Positions 1 through 10,063 of a DNA stretch of 64,000 bases are shown here, in pieces. Source of the DNA: Gammaproteobacteria bacterium (GTDB lineage Bacteria; Pseudomonadota; Gammaproteobacteria; UBA4575). The notes beneath the pieces are model-generated. The model was not told the origin of the DNA, did no database searches, and was given only the letters and a program-made list of their open reading frames with translations. Location: NCBI GenBank assembly GCA_965222615.1, contig CBDCUI010000009.1:672001-736000 (forward strand), given 5' to 3'. Within the stretch, counting starts at the first letter, position 1, and each line of letters starts with the position of its first letter. The position numbers and the translations under genes are program-made.

Positions 1-31
1 AACCCGACACGTATAATTACATGTCGGGTTT
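1..31 (-). terminator. Stem-loop downstream of aceA (probable intrinsic terminator, U-tract cut by window edge)
   Basis: Inverted repeat aacccgaca...tgtcgggtt about 20 bp past the aceA stop. Confidence 0.55.
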
Positions 32-52
32 ATACAAAATTTAAGCTATATA

Positions 53-1402
53 TTAACCAGTAGCAGACTTCTCAAACTGAGCTTCCTCCGTTGAGCCTGT
101 TAAAGCAGTGACAGAAGATTGACCACCTTGGATAACGGTAGTTACATCATCAAAGTAGCCTGCGCCCACTTCTTGCTGGTGAGATACAAAAGTATATCCA
201 CGTTCGCGACCTTTAAATTCAGGTTCCTGAACCATTTCTGTGTAGTGCTTCATGCCCTCGCCTTGTGCGTAGTGATATGCGAGGTCGAATGTGCGGTACC
301 AGTTTAAGTGAATACCCGCTAATGTAATGAACTGGAATTTATAACCCAAATCAGACAACTCTTCCTGGAAGCTTGCAATTTGGGAATCACTCAAGTTCTT
401 CTTCCAGTTGAAAGAAGGCGAACAGTTGTAAGACATCAACTGACCAGGAACCGCTGCTTGTACAGCTTGTGCAAATTCACGCGCAAAGCCTATATCAGGC
501 GTACCCGTTTCACACCAAACTAAATCAGCGTAAGGCGCGTAAGCGATACCACGACTAATAGCTTGCTCCAAACCATTCTTCACACGATAGAATCCTTCTT
601 GGGTACGCTCACCTGTAAGAAATGGTTTATCATTTTCATCAAAATCACTGGTCAACAGGTTCGCAGCTTCAGCATCTGTACGAGCCAAGACAATGGTAGG
701 TACACCCATAACGTCTGCGGCTAAACGTGCAGCAAGCAATTTTTGAACTGCTTCCTGGGTTGGGACCAATACCTTGCCTCCCATGTGGCCGCATTTTTTT
801 ACAGCAGCAAGTTGGTCTTCAAAGTGGGCACCTGCAGCTCCATTAGCAATCATATTCTTCATCAGTTCGTATGCATTCAATACACCACCGAAACCGGCTT
901 CAGCATCTGCAACGATAGGCAAAAAGTAATCAATGGCATCATCTTCGGACATTTTGCCATCCGCGATGTTTTTCCATTGAATTTCATCAGCACGTTTAAA
1001 CGTATTGTTAATACGACGAACCATGGTTGGAACAGAATCGTAAGCATACAGAGATTGATCCGGATACATGGTTTCAGAAGTATTACCGTCAGCAGCAACC
1101 TGCCAACCTGAAAGATAAACAGCTTCTAAACCCGCTTTGGCTTGTTGCATTGCTTGACCAGCAGTAATTGCACCAAAAGCATTCACATAACCTTTTTTAG
1201 CAGCACCGTTAACTTTTTCCCAAAGTTTTTCAGCACCTCTTCGTGCAAGAGTATGCTCAGGCTGTACACTACCGCGTAAACGCACGACATCTTCAGCAGT
1301 ATAGCCACGTCTAACATTTTTCCAACGAGGGTTACTGGCCCATTCCTTTTCTAATTCTTTTATTTGCTCAGCTCGACTCTTGCTCACTATTGCCTCCTTC
1401 AA
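53..1402 (-). CDS. aceA: Isocitrate lyase
   Basis: Signature [37 protein letters not shown]-terminal [12 protein letters not shown]. The true start may be a few codons internal. Confidence 0.97.
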   Translation of the reverse strand: MKEAIVSKSRAEQIKELEKEWASNPRWKNVRRGYTAEDVVRLRGSVQPEHTLARRGAEKLWEKVNGAAKKGYVNAFGAITAGQAMQQAKAGLEAVYLSGWQVAADGNTSETMYPDQSLYAYDSVPTMVRRINNTFKRADEIQWKNIADGKMSEDDAIDYFLPIVADAEAGFGGVLNAYELMKNMIANGAAGAHFEDQLAAVKKCGHMGGKVLVPTQEAVQKLLAARLAADVMGVPTIVLARTDAEAANLLTSDFDENDKPFLTGERTQEGFYRVKNGLEQAISRGIAYAPYADLVWCETGTPDIGFAREFAQAVQAAVPGQLMSYNCSPSFNWKKNLSDSQIASFQEELSDLGYKFQFITLAGIHLNWYRTFDLAYHYAQGEGMKHYTEMVQEPEFKGRERGYTFVSHQQEVGAGYFDDVTTVIQGGQSSVTALTGSTEEAQFEKSATG

Positions 1403-1712
1403 TTAACCCCAATATAAATATTTAAATTTGTAGTCCTAAAAACGAAGTAATCCCTAAACGGGCCGTGTATATTAACAGATACTAATTTAGCCTGACTAGA
1501 AAAATTGTTAGATTGCTGACGTAAGTCACCAATTAAAGTGAAAAAGATTTATATTTAGTCTCACAACCTACATCTAAACGCTATCTATCATGGGGTATAT
1601 TTTGGTATTAGTCCAAATCTGGGACCCACGATCTCAACTTAATATACACTGGAAAAGTGGTTATATTGAATTGACCATAACAAAATAATCAAAAAAAGGA
1701 GTTTTTAAAACC

Positions 1713-2195
1713 ATGGAATTTAAAACAGCCGACCTCTGTGATGAGCATGAAAATAGCATATCTGTGGCACAACCGTTATTTCGTGATTACGGAGGGGTTA
1801 AAACCTTCTGTGGAAAAATCAGTACGGTTAAATGTTTTGAAGATAACTCTTTAGTTCGAGAAGCCTTGAAAAGCCCTGGAAATGGTCAAGTTCTAGTGGT
1901 GGATGGTGGTGGTTCAACGCGGCGCGCCTTGGTTGGAGATTTACTTGCACAGGCAGGGGCAGATAACAATTGGGCTGGGATTTTAGTCTATGGCTGCATT
2001 CGAGATTCTGAGGTTATTGCCACTATTGATATTGGTTGTAAAGCAATAGGCTCCCTGCCGCTTAAAACAGACAAAAAAGGGATTGGAGAAAAAGATGTCG
2101 CAGTACATTTTGCAGATGTGGATTTTGTTCCAGGTCATTATCTTTATGCGGATGAAGACGGGGTAATCGTAAGCACCCAAGACTTACTGAAATAA
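1713..2195 (+). CDS. rraA: RraA family protein (ribonuclease activity regulator / HMG aldolase-oxaloacetate decarboxylase)
   Basis: TADLCD, KCFEDNS, VLVVDGGGS, GCIRD, YADEDGV motifs. Confidence 0.92.
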   Translation: MEFKTADLCDEHENSISVAQPLFRDYGGVKTFCGKISTVKCFEDNSLVREALKSPGNGQVLVVDGGGSTRRALVGDLLAQAGADNNWAGILVYGCIRDSEVIATIDIGCKAIGSLPLKTDKKGIGEKDVAVHFADVDFVPGHYLYADEDGVIVSTQDLLK

Positions 2196-2221
2196 CGTTT
2201 ACTTGCTTAGAAAAATTTTAA

Positions 2222-3178
2222 ATGACACAACCTATATACTACGATTACGATTTTGCAATTACATGCATTGATACGATGTATGTTCAGGTAGGCCATGCAG
2301 CATGCTATCTAATGGTCCACAATGATCGTGCTGCATTTATAGATACCGGCACAGGTCACAGCGTACCCTATCTATTAAAAATACTAGAAATAAAAAATAT
2401 TCCAATTGAAGCAGTAGACTATGTCATTCCAACCCATGTACACCTTGACCATGCCGGTGGTGCAGGCTTGTTAATGAACAAATTGCCGAATGCAAAACTC
2501 GTGATTCATCCACGTGGCGCCCCACATATGATCAATCCTGAAAAATTAATTGCTGGAGCCACTGCGGTATATGGAGAAGAAAAATTTAAACAAAGTTTCG
2601 GTGAAATACTGGCCATAGATGAAAACCGTGTGATCGTGGCTGAAGATAATGACAACATAGAATTATCTGGTCGCAGACTTACATTTCTAGATACCCCAGG
2701 CCATGCTCGTCATCATTTTTGTGTTTACGACGAATTGAGCGAAAGTTTTTTTACAGGTGACACATTTGGATTGTCTTACCGCGAGCTTAAGAAGGATAAC
2801 AAGGACTTTATCTTACCCACTACTACTCCAGTTCAATTTGAACCGGACCCTTGGCATAACTCATTGGATAAAATGCTTGCTCTCCAACCTAAAAACATTT
2901 TCTTAACACATTTTGGTCAAGTTACCGAAGTAGAAAAACTCGCACAAGAACTAAGACAAGATATCGAAAAATACGCAGAAATCACAAAACAGTATCTTCA
3001 TACAGAAGGCTCTAAAAACAAAATACGTAGTGACCTAGAAACTTATTTACAAGAAAGACTCAAAGCAAACTATTCCAGTGAAGAAGTAGATGAATTTACA
3101 AAATTCCTTGAACCCGATCTAAACCTAAACGCGGCCGGCCTTAAAGTTTGGCTCACCCGTCTCGAAAAAGCTGCTTAG
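2222..3178 (+). CDS. MBL-fold metallo-hydrolase
   Basis: THVHLDHAGG (HxHxDH), TPGHARHH, FTGD, THFG motifs. Confidence 0.9.
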   Translation: MTQPIYYDYDFAITCIDTMYVQVGHAACYLMVHNDRAAFIDTGTGHSVPYLLKILEIKNIPIEAVDYVIPTHVHLDHAGGAGLLMNKLPNAKLVIHPRGAPHMINPEKLIAGATAVYGEEKFKQSFGEILAIDENRVIVAEDNDNIELSGRRLTFLDTPGHARHHFCVYDELSESFFTGDTFGLSYRELKKDNKDFILPTTTPVQFEPDPWHNSLDKMLALQPKNIFLTHFGQVTEVEKLAQELRQDIEKYAEITKQYLHTEGSKNKIRSDLETYLQERLKANYSSEEVDEFTKFLEPDLNLNAAGLKVWLTRLEKAA

Positions 3179-3302
3179 TAAGCACATGGATGTGCGAATA
3201 TGACATCCATCATGGACGATGCAACCGATTAGAGTTAAGTGATTTAAAATGATGAACAGGTTGGGAAATTCAAGTGGAGTCTTTAAAATATCTGCTAACG
3301 AC

Positions 3303-3552
3303 TGTGGTCTCAATAGGTCGATGCAACACTTTGAAATAGAGTGAAAAAAGGCTGCAAAAGCTAAGAGAAATGCAATTACATCAACATCTTAAGAGTAGAT
3401 CAATAAAAGATGGCTCGAAGCAAGTAATAATGCAGTATTTAATGTAACCGGTTCATCCAAAAACAACTCAACACTAAATGGTCATCCGTTTGAGTCAACC
3501 TCTTTATTACTAAAAGTTTAGCAAGGTGTTGCATTGACCGATTGAATCGGCA
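3303..3552. mobile_element. IS30-family-derived miniature element (MITE / internally deleted IS)
   Basis: 26-bp imperfect terminal IRs (tgtggtctcaataggtcgatgcaaca / tgttgcattgaccgattgaatcggca), 2-bp AC direct repeats, palindromic flanks. The right end reads GVALTD* like the IS30 transposase C-terminus (recalled). No transposase ORF. Confidence 0.8.
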
Positions 3553-3695
3553 ACTAAAGCAGATATTAGTAATAAAGAAACGTACACAAGTAGGATAGAA
3601 CCTATTAATTTCAAAGAATTATTAAATTTATTACTCTAAGAAATAGTCTTGCTATAACATCAGTAAATTGAATTCAAATTGACTGGAGAACAGCC

Positions 3696-4391
3696 ATGGC
3701 CTCAAACGTTCCTGAATTACCTGAACAATGGAAGAACCTTGATCTTGTCAAAATTTTAGCTCAACCAGCTGCCTTTATATCGATTAGTCAATGTAACAGC
3801 CTATATAAATCTGAGGGTGTACAAGGTGGCGAAAAGCAATGGGAACGAGGCACACTAGAAAACACGATAAAAGTTGCTAAAGCATGTCGAGAAGCCAATA
3901 TGAAATTCTTTTGGATAGGCTATGATGTATTTCGTGAACACTATCCAATGACAGAATTAGACCAAGCACAATATGGGTATTGGAGTAAATCATTTAACTC
4001 AAGTGCTATGACAGATGAGCAAAAAAAATGGGATGTTGACCTAGTTGATGAACTAAAAGAAATCGCATTACCAGAAGATGAAGAATTTTTTGAATACGCA
4101 CATCAAAGTTCATTTGTTGGTACTCCACTGAAGCTAATGCTTGAAAGAGCAGGAATTAAAACTATTGTACTTTGTGGAATACATCTTGATTGGTGTATCG
4201 AAGGTAATGCACGTGCTGCAAGAGATGAAGGTTATATACCGATTGTCATTGGTGATGCCTGTTCATGTCAGGACCAAAAGAATGATGTCACTACAATGGA
4301 AAGGATAAATAACATCGTGTGCCCAGTTCTATCAGCTGACCAAGCAGTAAGTTACATCTTGCAAGGACAGGCAAAAATTAAAGTCGCCTAA
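3696..4391 (+). CDS. Isochorismatase-like cysteine hydrolase
   Basis: GIKTIVLCGIHLDWCIEGNARAARDEGY...VIGDAC family signature. Confidence 0.8.
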   Translation: MASNVPELPEQWKNLDLVKILAQPAAFISISQCNSLYKSEGVQGGEKQWERGTLENTIKVAKACREANMKFFWIGYDVFREHYPMTELDQAQYGYWSKSFNSSAMTDEQKKWDVDLVDELKEIALPEDEEFFEYAHQSSFVGTPLKLMLERAGIKTIVLCGIHLDWCIEGNARAARDEGYIPIVIGDACSCQDQKNDVTTMERINNIVCPVLSADQAVSYILQGQAKIKVA

Positions 4392-4411
4392 TCTCTGTTA
4401 ACTTCTCCGAT

Positions 4412-4480
4412 AAAAACAGGGATTTTTTGCTAGAGCGAGGAAGCACCGCGCGCCCATAAAACATTTAATTGAAGGATTCG
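4412..4480. repeat. Degenerate partial copy of the palindromic element at 31071-31212
   Basis: gattttttgctagagcgaggaagcaccgcgc...gaaggattcg matches gattttttgatgagagcaagaaagcaccgcgc...gaggattcg. Confidence 0.6.
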
Positions 4481-4510
4481 GGCTTGAGGCTAGTGAACAA
4501 TTAATATTTT

Positions 4511-4638
4511 CTCAAAATAGTAGATAATGCGCTGAATTGAGGCGCAGTTATTTTTGAGGAACGGAGTTTACTTATACAGTAAATGAGTACCGAAGAAATA
4601 ACTGCAACGAAGAGTCAGTGCATTAGATGCATTTTGAG
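4511..4638. repeat. RPE-like palindromic repeat element (~128 bp)
   Basis: Terminal IR ctcaaaat...attttgag; core acggagtttac...taaatgagtaccg is shared with the element at 42826-42954; abuts the stop codon of the ABC ATPase. Confidence 0.7.
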
Positions 4639-5442
4639 CTATACGAAGCTGGGTTGACGACGATGGTAGTACTTCACACCATCAAACGAAACGTCTTTGC
4701 CACCACCCAAATACATCTCTGCAACGTCGGTTGATTCAAGCAATTCTTTTGCAGAGCCTTTTTTCACTACGCGTCCGTTTTCAATTACGTAACCAACTTT
4801 GGCATAGCGTAGTGCAACCATCGCATTTTGTTCTGAAACTAAAAAGCTAACACCTTCTTCTTCATTGAGCCGTTTAACAATCTCAAAAATTTGCTCAATA
4901 AATTGTGGTGCTAATCCCATGGAAGGCTCATCCAACAAAATTAAGCTTGGCTTTGCCATTAAGGCACGACCCACAGCTATCATTTGTTGTTCACCACCAG
5001 AACAAAGGCCGCCTGGGTTTTTGCGACGGTCTTTAATACGTGGAAACAATTCATAGACATGATCAAGATTTCTTTTAACCTCAGCTTTGTCCATATTGCG
5101 GATAAACGAACCTGTTAATAAGTTTTCTTCTACACTAAGGTGAGCAAATATATGGCGCCCTTCTAATACTTGCACCACACCCTGCCTCACCATGTCATAA
5201 GCATTGTATGCAGCAATATCTTCTCCATTTAGCTCAATTATCCCCTTGGTAACTTCTCCACGTTCAGCTTCAAGTAAACGTGAACAAGCTTTAAGCGTAG
5301 TAGTTTTACCTGCGCCATTTGCGCCAAGCAAAGAAACAACATCGCCTTTATTTACGCTTAAAGACACCCCACGTAATGCAAGAATTACACCGCCATATAC
5401 AGCCTCAATATTATTGATTGCAAGTAGTGGTGTATCGCTCAT
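4639..5442 (-). CDS. ABC transporter ATP-binding protein (LivF-like)
   Basis: Walker A GANGAGKT, signature CSGGEQQM, Walker B LLDEPSMGLAP. Confidence 0.92.
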   Translation of the reverse strand: MSDTPLLAINNIEAVYGGVILALRGVSLSVNKGDVVSLLGANGAGKTTTLKACSRLLEAERGEVTKGIIELNGEDIAAYNAYDMVRQGVVQVLEGRHIFAHLSVEENLLTGSFIRNMDKAEVKRNLDHVYELFPRIKDRRKNPGGLCSGGEQQMIAVGRALMAKPSLILLDEPSMGLAPQFIEQIFEIVKRLNEEEGVSFLVSEQNAMVALRYAKVGYVIENGRVVKKGSAKELLESTDVAEMYLGGGKDVSFDGVKYYHRRQPSFV

Positions 5443-5461
5443 GACAAATTCCCTTGTAGTA

Positions 5462-5510
5462 CTTCTTCAGCAGCTGAACTATTTAGTGCAATAGCCCAGC
5501 TGCGAAGAAG
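5462..5510 (-). promoter_or_regulatory. Intercistronic stem-loop after the substrate-binding protein gene
   Basis: cttcttc(a)gcagctg ... cagctgcgaagaag inverted repeat. Confidence 0.5.
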
Positions 5511-5534
5511 AAAAGACTTACCTTTTAAAGATCA

Positions 5535-6884
5535 TTAAAGATCAAAATCATCATCATTATTATCGGCGGTGCAAGGACGTGCTTCGATCTTGTTATCGGT
5601 AGCATATTGCTCTGCACCCGCATCAATGATGGCTTGTGACAAGGGGACATCGCCCTCAATCCAATCCGATACGATGTTCCACTGACGTGCGCCGGCATCC
5701 CATTGCTGGAATTTCGCCAAGTGCCCGCCTACATGGTCCAAACAGGTTAGGTTGAGTTCTGGAACTAAGCCTGTGGCCCCCAGCTCTTCGATGCGCTTGG
5801 CATCTAAGCGTAGGTTCTCAAAGCCCCACCGAGCTTCGGCACTGGTCAAGGGTCGATTGCCAAAGCGCGCTTGCGCTATGCGCAACGCTTCGGTATGCAC
5901 CACGCCAGCCAGTACGCCAAGGTTCCAATACACGGAGCCTAAGCGCGACTTGTCTTGTAAGTCGCCATTGCCTGAGCCGTATACCGTCTTGATGATTTCT
6001 TGTACTACGGCGAAGTCGGTGCCCGCGGGATGCGTGGTGATCGCTTGATAGCCATCCGCAGCTTTTCCGGCGGGGATCACGTCTTCATCGGAGTTACTCC
6101 AGATGTTGCCGATCAAGCGGCTTACTGGATAGCCTGTACGTACCGCTGTCTGCATCGCTACGGGATTCATCACCCCCCAGCCTCGAAGCAGTACATAGTC
6201 TGGCTTGAGCTTGCGGATGTTTAACCACTGCGATTGTTGCTCGTTGCCGGGATGCGGCACTTCTAAAGGATGATGGGTACAGCCGTGCTTCTCGCACATG
6301 CTGTCCATGAAGTCGATCGCTTCGCGGCCATACGGTGAGCCGTGATACAGCATGGCGATCTTCTTACCCTTTAAGTTTGCGCGTCCGCCTTCTAACACAT
6401 CGCCTATGAAGTGCACCATGATGGAGTGCTCGTCATAGGTGTTGATGCCTGGCATAAAGTAGTATGGAAAGATGTCGCCGCGTTGGCCGGCCGTCTTGCC
6501 GTGGTTGACTGCAATAATCGGCATTTTGTCTTTGCGGCCCGTCTCGATCAGGGCTGTGGAGATTCCCACGGAGAGCGGATCGAAAAATACCGCGCCGCCT
6601 TCGCGATCTTTCAAGCGCTTGTAGCATTCTACGCCGCGCTCTACCGAATACTCGGTCTCACACTCTGACCAGATCAGCTTGATGCCGTTGACGCCACCAT
6701 CGCGACTGTTGAGTAGATTGTAGTAGTCCAAGATGCCACCAAAATAACCCGTGCCGCCAGCCGCATAGGGCCCTACGCGATAACTCGGAATCGGGACGTA
6801 CATGGTGTCTTCCGCCATCACGCTCGTGCTGGTGCCGAGCATCGCGATCGCGGTCATCAGGACCATCATTAGTTTCTTCTTCAT
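5535..6884 (-). CDS. ABC transporter substrate-binding protein (LivJ/K-like, class linked to acyl-CoA ligases)
   Basis: Signal peptide; YRVGPYA, RDGGVNG, ECETEY, RGWGVMNP, DHVGG motifs; operon context. Confidence 0.88.
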   Translation of the reverse strand: MKKKLMMVLMTAIAMLGTSTSVMAEDTMYVPIPSYRVGPYAAGGTGYFGGILDYYNLLNSRDGGVNGIKLIWSECETEYSVERGVECYKRLKDREGGAVFFDPLSVGISTALIETGRKDKMPIIAVNHGKTAGQRGDIFPYYFMPGINTYDEHSIMVHFIGDVLEGGRANLKGKKIAMLYHGSPYGREAIDFMDSMCEKHGCTHHPLEVPHPGNEQQSQWLNIRKLKPDYVLLRGWGVMNPVAMQTAVRTGYPVSRLIGNIWSNSDEDVIPAGKAADGYQAITTHPAGTDFAVVQEIIKTVYGSGNGDLQDKSRLGSVYWNLGVLAGVVHTEALRIAQARFGNRPLTSAEARWGFENLRLDAKRIEELGATGLVPELNLTCLDHVGGHLAKFQQWDAGARQWNIVSDWIEGDVPLSQAIIDAGAEQYATDNKIEARPCTADNNDDDFDL

Positions 6885-7138
6885 GTGTGCTCCTCCAAAG
6901 AGAGTTTTTATTTTAAAGCTCTGAATAAAGCCGCCTTGGCTTTTTCAGTGGTGAAAAAAGAAAATTGTATTTTCTTTCTCTTAATAAATCATAAACGTAT
7001 TAACAATTATGATTTGGTGTCACCTCCTTATAACACAGATATCCCTTCATAAATTAGAAATATCTTTTAAAATAGCTTGCGTTAGCTACTTATTTTTTTT
7101 TATACCTACAAAACATTAATTAATGAGACGCAAAATTT

Positions 7139-8251
7139 TTATGTCGTAAACGGCCAAATTCGCAATCTATGCTTAATAGAATTCCATAACCCAGCAAATC
7201 CTTGTGGCTGGTATATAAGTAGTAAAACTATAATAGTACCAACAATAATCTTGGAGTTATTTTCAACAAAGGCCGTATCTAGTGTGCCACCACCAAATAC
7301 TGCATCACCAAATCTAGTTATCAAAATAGGCCAACCATATACAAAGATTGCACCTAAGAATGAACCTAATATGGAACCTAAGCCGCCCAAAATAACCATA
7401 AACATGACCAAGAATGATCTACGCAAGTTATAGATCATGAAATCGAGATTACCGATGTAGCAGTATGAATACATCGCGCCAGCAACACCACAATAGAAAC
7501 AGCTTACAAAGAATGCATTTAATTTGGTTTTACCAACTGGTATCCCAATCACATTTGCTGCGATATCCATATCCCGTACAGCCATCCAATTTCTTCCAGT
7601 AGAGCTGCGCACCATATTTTTTGCAGCAACAGCCAACAGTACCGTTACGATTAAGGTAATCAAATAACGCCAAACATAGGCATTGTAGTCTTTTTCAAGC
7701 CCGAAAAAGTCGAATATTTGATCTTGGAAAGGTAAAAAACGATAGTGGAAAGGAGGTAGCGCGACCACGCCTGAACTTGTGTAATTTAAAAACCAGGGAT
7801 AGGCATTAAAAAACCACTCTGCAAAAAATTGTGCGCACAAGGTCGATACCAGTAAATAGAAACCTTTGATACGCAAACTTGGTAAACCAAATATAATTCC
7901 TACTAGTCCAGCCACAATGCCGGCACATATGAAAGCCAGCCAGATATTCATCCATTCAACTCGGAACATCAAATTGAATGCAGTAAATGCGCCAAAGCAC
8001 ATAAAACCAGCCGTACCAAGCGAAAGTTGCCCAGTATAGCCCGTGGCAATATTTAAGCCGAGACTAGCAATGCCCAACACCATCATCGGAATCAAAATTG
8101 CACTAAACCAATAATCACTCGCCCAAAATGGAACTACAAAAAACATAAAGGCCAAGAACGCCCACATAATCCAACGATCTTCGCGCACTGGTACCATGCG
8201 ACGATCTTGTGAATATGACTCTACTGCTTGTCCAGTTTCACGGTAGTACAT
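7139..8251 (-). CDS. Branched-chain-type ABC permease (LivM-like)
   Basis: GLNIATGYTGQLSLG, PSLRIKGFYL, GRNWMAVRD, multiple TM helices. Confidence 0.9.
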   Translation of the reverse strand: MYYRETGQAVESYSQDRRMVPVREDRWIMWAFLAFMFFVVPFWASDYWFSAILIPMMVLGIASLGLNIATGYTGQLSLGTAGFMCFGAFTAFNLMFRVEWMNIWLAFICAGIVAGLVGIIFGLPSLRIKGFYLLVSTLCAQFFAEWFFNAYPWFLNYTSSGVVALPPFHYRFLPFQDQIFDFFGLEKDYNAYVWRYLITLIVTVLLAVAAKNMVRSSTGRNWMAVRDMDIAANVIGIPVGKTKLNAFFVSCFYCGVAGAMYSYCYIGNLDFMIYNLRRSFLVMFMVILGGLGSILGSFLGAIFVYGWPILITRFGDAVFGGGTLDTAFVENNSKIIVGTIIVLLLIYQPQGFAGLWNSIKHRLRIWPFTT

Positions 8252-8282
8252 TAGTTATCTTCTCTAATTAATTATTTTTTAA

Positions 8283-9230
8283 TTAAATTCTTTCAATTTC
8301 ACGTTCACCAAAAATTCCCGTGGGACGAATTAATATAAATACTAGTGCCGTTAAGTAAGCCCACCAGTGCTCAATACCTTGACCACCAAATACATCAGCA
8401 AAAAATATTTCACCCAACTTTTCACTCGCACCAATAATTAATCCACCGATAATGCATCCAGGAATTGAGGTCAAACCACCAATCAGTATCACCGGCAAGC
8501 CTTTTAACACTGCCCATGTCAGTGTAAATGACACACTTAGGCGATCCGCCCAAATCAGGCCTACGAGAAAAGTAATTACACCGGTTACCGCCCATACGAT
8601 GGCCCAAATTTTGGATAGTGGAATTCCCACGGCCTGAGATGCCATATGGTCATCCGACACCGCACGTAAAGATAGGCCCGTACGCGTATATTGGAAGAAT
8701 AAATACAGACCAATAACTAAGAACAATGCTACTGCCGCAGCAAACCCGTCAAATTTACTTACTAAGATATCTAACCAAGGAATGTATTCCGCAACTAAAA
8801 TTGGATCAGAAGGAATTCCTAAATCAAGTCCATGCACGGCAGAGTCCCAGGTCCCTTGCGCCAGACCTTCTAAAAAGTAATTCAAACCCACTGTCGCCAT
8901 AAACAACGACAGTAAATCTTGGTTTGCCAATGGCCGCATTACGGTGCGTTCAATAATGATTCCCATAATGATCATAACCACCGTCGTAATTGCAAAAGCC
9001 ACCCAGAAATTCACTTGTCGTTCAGTCATGCTCACAAAAGTTAGCGCAGCAAACAACAACATGGTGCCCTGTGCAAAATTAAATACGCCGGAGGATTTGT
9101 AAATGAGTACAAAACCAATTGCGACAAGAGAATACATCACGCCAGACAACATGCCGCCGATAAGCACTTCTAGCCCAAAGAAAGAGAACATTTCAGTAAA
9201 TGCGTTAGCTAGTTTTGTAAAAAATTCCAC
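8283..9230 (-). CDS. Branched-chain-type ABC permease (LivH-like)
   Basis: YSLVAIGFVLIYKSSGVFNFAQG, IRPTGIFG, multiple TM helices. Confidence 0.9.
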   Translation of the reverse strand: MEFFTKLANAFTEMFSFFGLEVLIGGMLSGVMYSLVAIGFVLIYKSSGVFNFAQGTMLLFAALTFVSMTERQVNFWVAFAITTVVMIIMGIIIERTVMRPLANQDLLSLFMATVGLNYFLEGLAQGTWDSAVHGLDLGIPSDPILVAEYIPWLDILVSKFDGFAAAVALFLVIGLYLFFQYTRTGLSLRAVSDDHMASQAVGIPLSKIWAIVWAVTGVITFLVGLIWADRLSVSFTLTWAVLKGLPVILIGGLTSIPGCIIGGLIIGASEKLGEIFFADVFGGQGIEHWWAYLTALVFILIRPTGIFGEREIERI

Positions 9231-9260
9231 TTATAAAGGTCCTCGTCTTAAATGTAATTT

Positions 9261-10049
9261 TTAATGACTGACACCTAAATATGCATCAATCACTTTTTGA
9301 TTATTTTTAACCTCTTCCGGCGAGCCATCACCAATTTTCGCACCATAATCCATTACGACTACATGATCTGAAATATCCATTACTACACCCATATCATGCT
9401 CAATCAAAACAATTGTGGTTCCACGATTGTAGTTGATCTCTTGTATAAAGCATGCCATATCGAGCTTTTCATCCAAATTCATACCCGCAATCGGTTCATC
9501 GAGTAGTAACATTTTTGGGTTCGCAGCTAATGCACGACCAAGTTCTACCCGTTTTTGCATACCATAGGATAAAGCCGATACTGGGGTTTTACGTATTGAT
9601 TGAAGTCCCAGAAATTCAATAATTTCTTCAACAGCCACGCGATGTTCTAATTCTTCTTTTTTACTACGACCAATACCCAATGCATTTTCAATAAAAGTGG
9701 ACTTCATCATCAAATTGCGACCCGTCATGAGATTTTCAACAACGGTCATTCCTGAAAATAATGCAATGTTTTGGAAAGTACGGCCAATTCCCAATACCGC
9801 TGCAGAGTGCGGTTTCATTCTTGTAAACTTCTTCCCTTCAAATGTAATTGAACCTTGTTGAGGAATGTATACACCATTAATTACATTCAACATCGAGCTC
9901 TTACCAGCTCCATTCGGACCAATCACAGCACAAATTTCACCTTTGTAAACTGTAAAACTGATATCGGTAATTGCTTTGGTACCTCCAAATGCTAGATCGA
10001 TATTCTCGATCACCATATGAGGTTCTTTCCCATTTGCTACATCATTCAC
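9261..10049 (-). CDS. ABC transporter ATP-binding protein (LivG-like)
   Basis: GPNGAGKS, RTFQN, LSYGMQKRVELGRAL, LDEP, EHDM, VIDAYLG. Confidence 0.92.
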   Translation of the reverse strand: MNDVANGKEPHMVIENIDLAFGGTKAITDISFTVYKGEICAVIGPNGAGKSSMLNVINGVYIPQQGSITFEGKKFTRMKPHSAAVLGIGRTFQNIALFSGMTVVENLMTGRNLMMKSTFIENALGIGRSKKEELEHRVAVEEIIEFLGLQSIRKTPVSALSYGMQKRVELGRALAANPKMLLLDEPIAGMNLDEKLDMACFIQEINYNRGTTIVLIEHDMGVVMDISDHVVVMDYGAKIGDGSPEEVKNNQKVIDAYLGVSH

Positions 10050-10063
10050 TTGCTAGTCACCAA

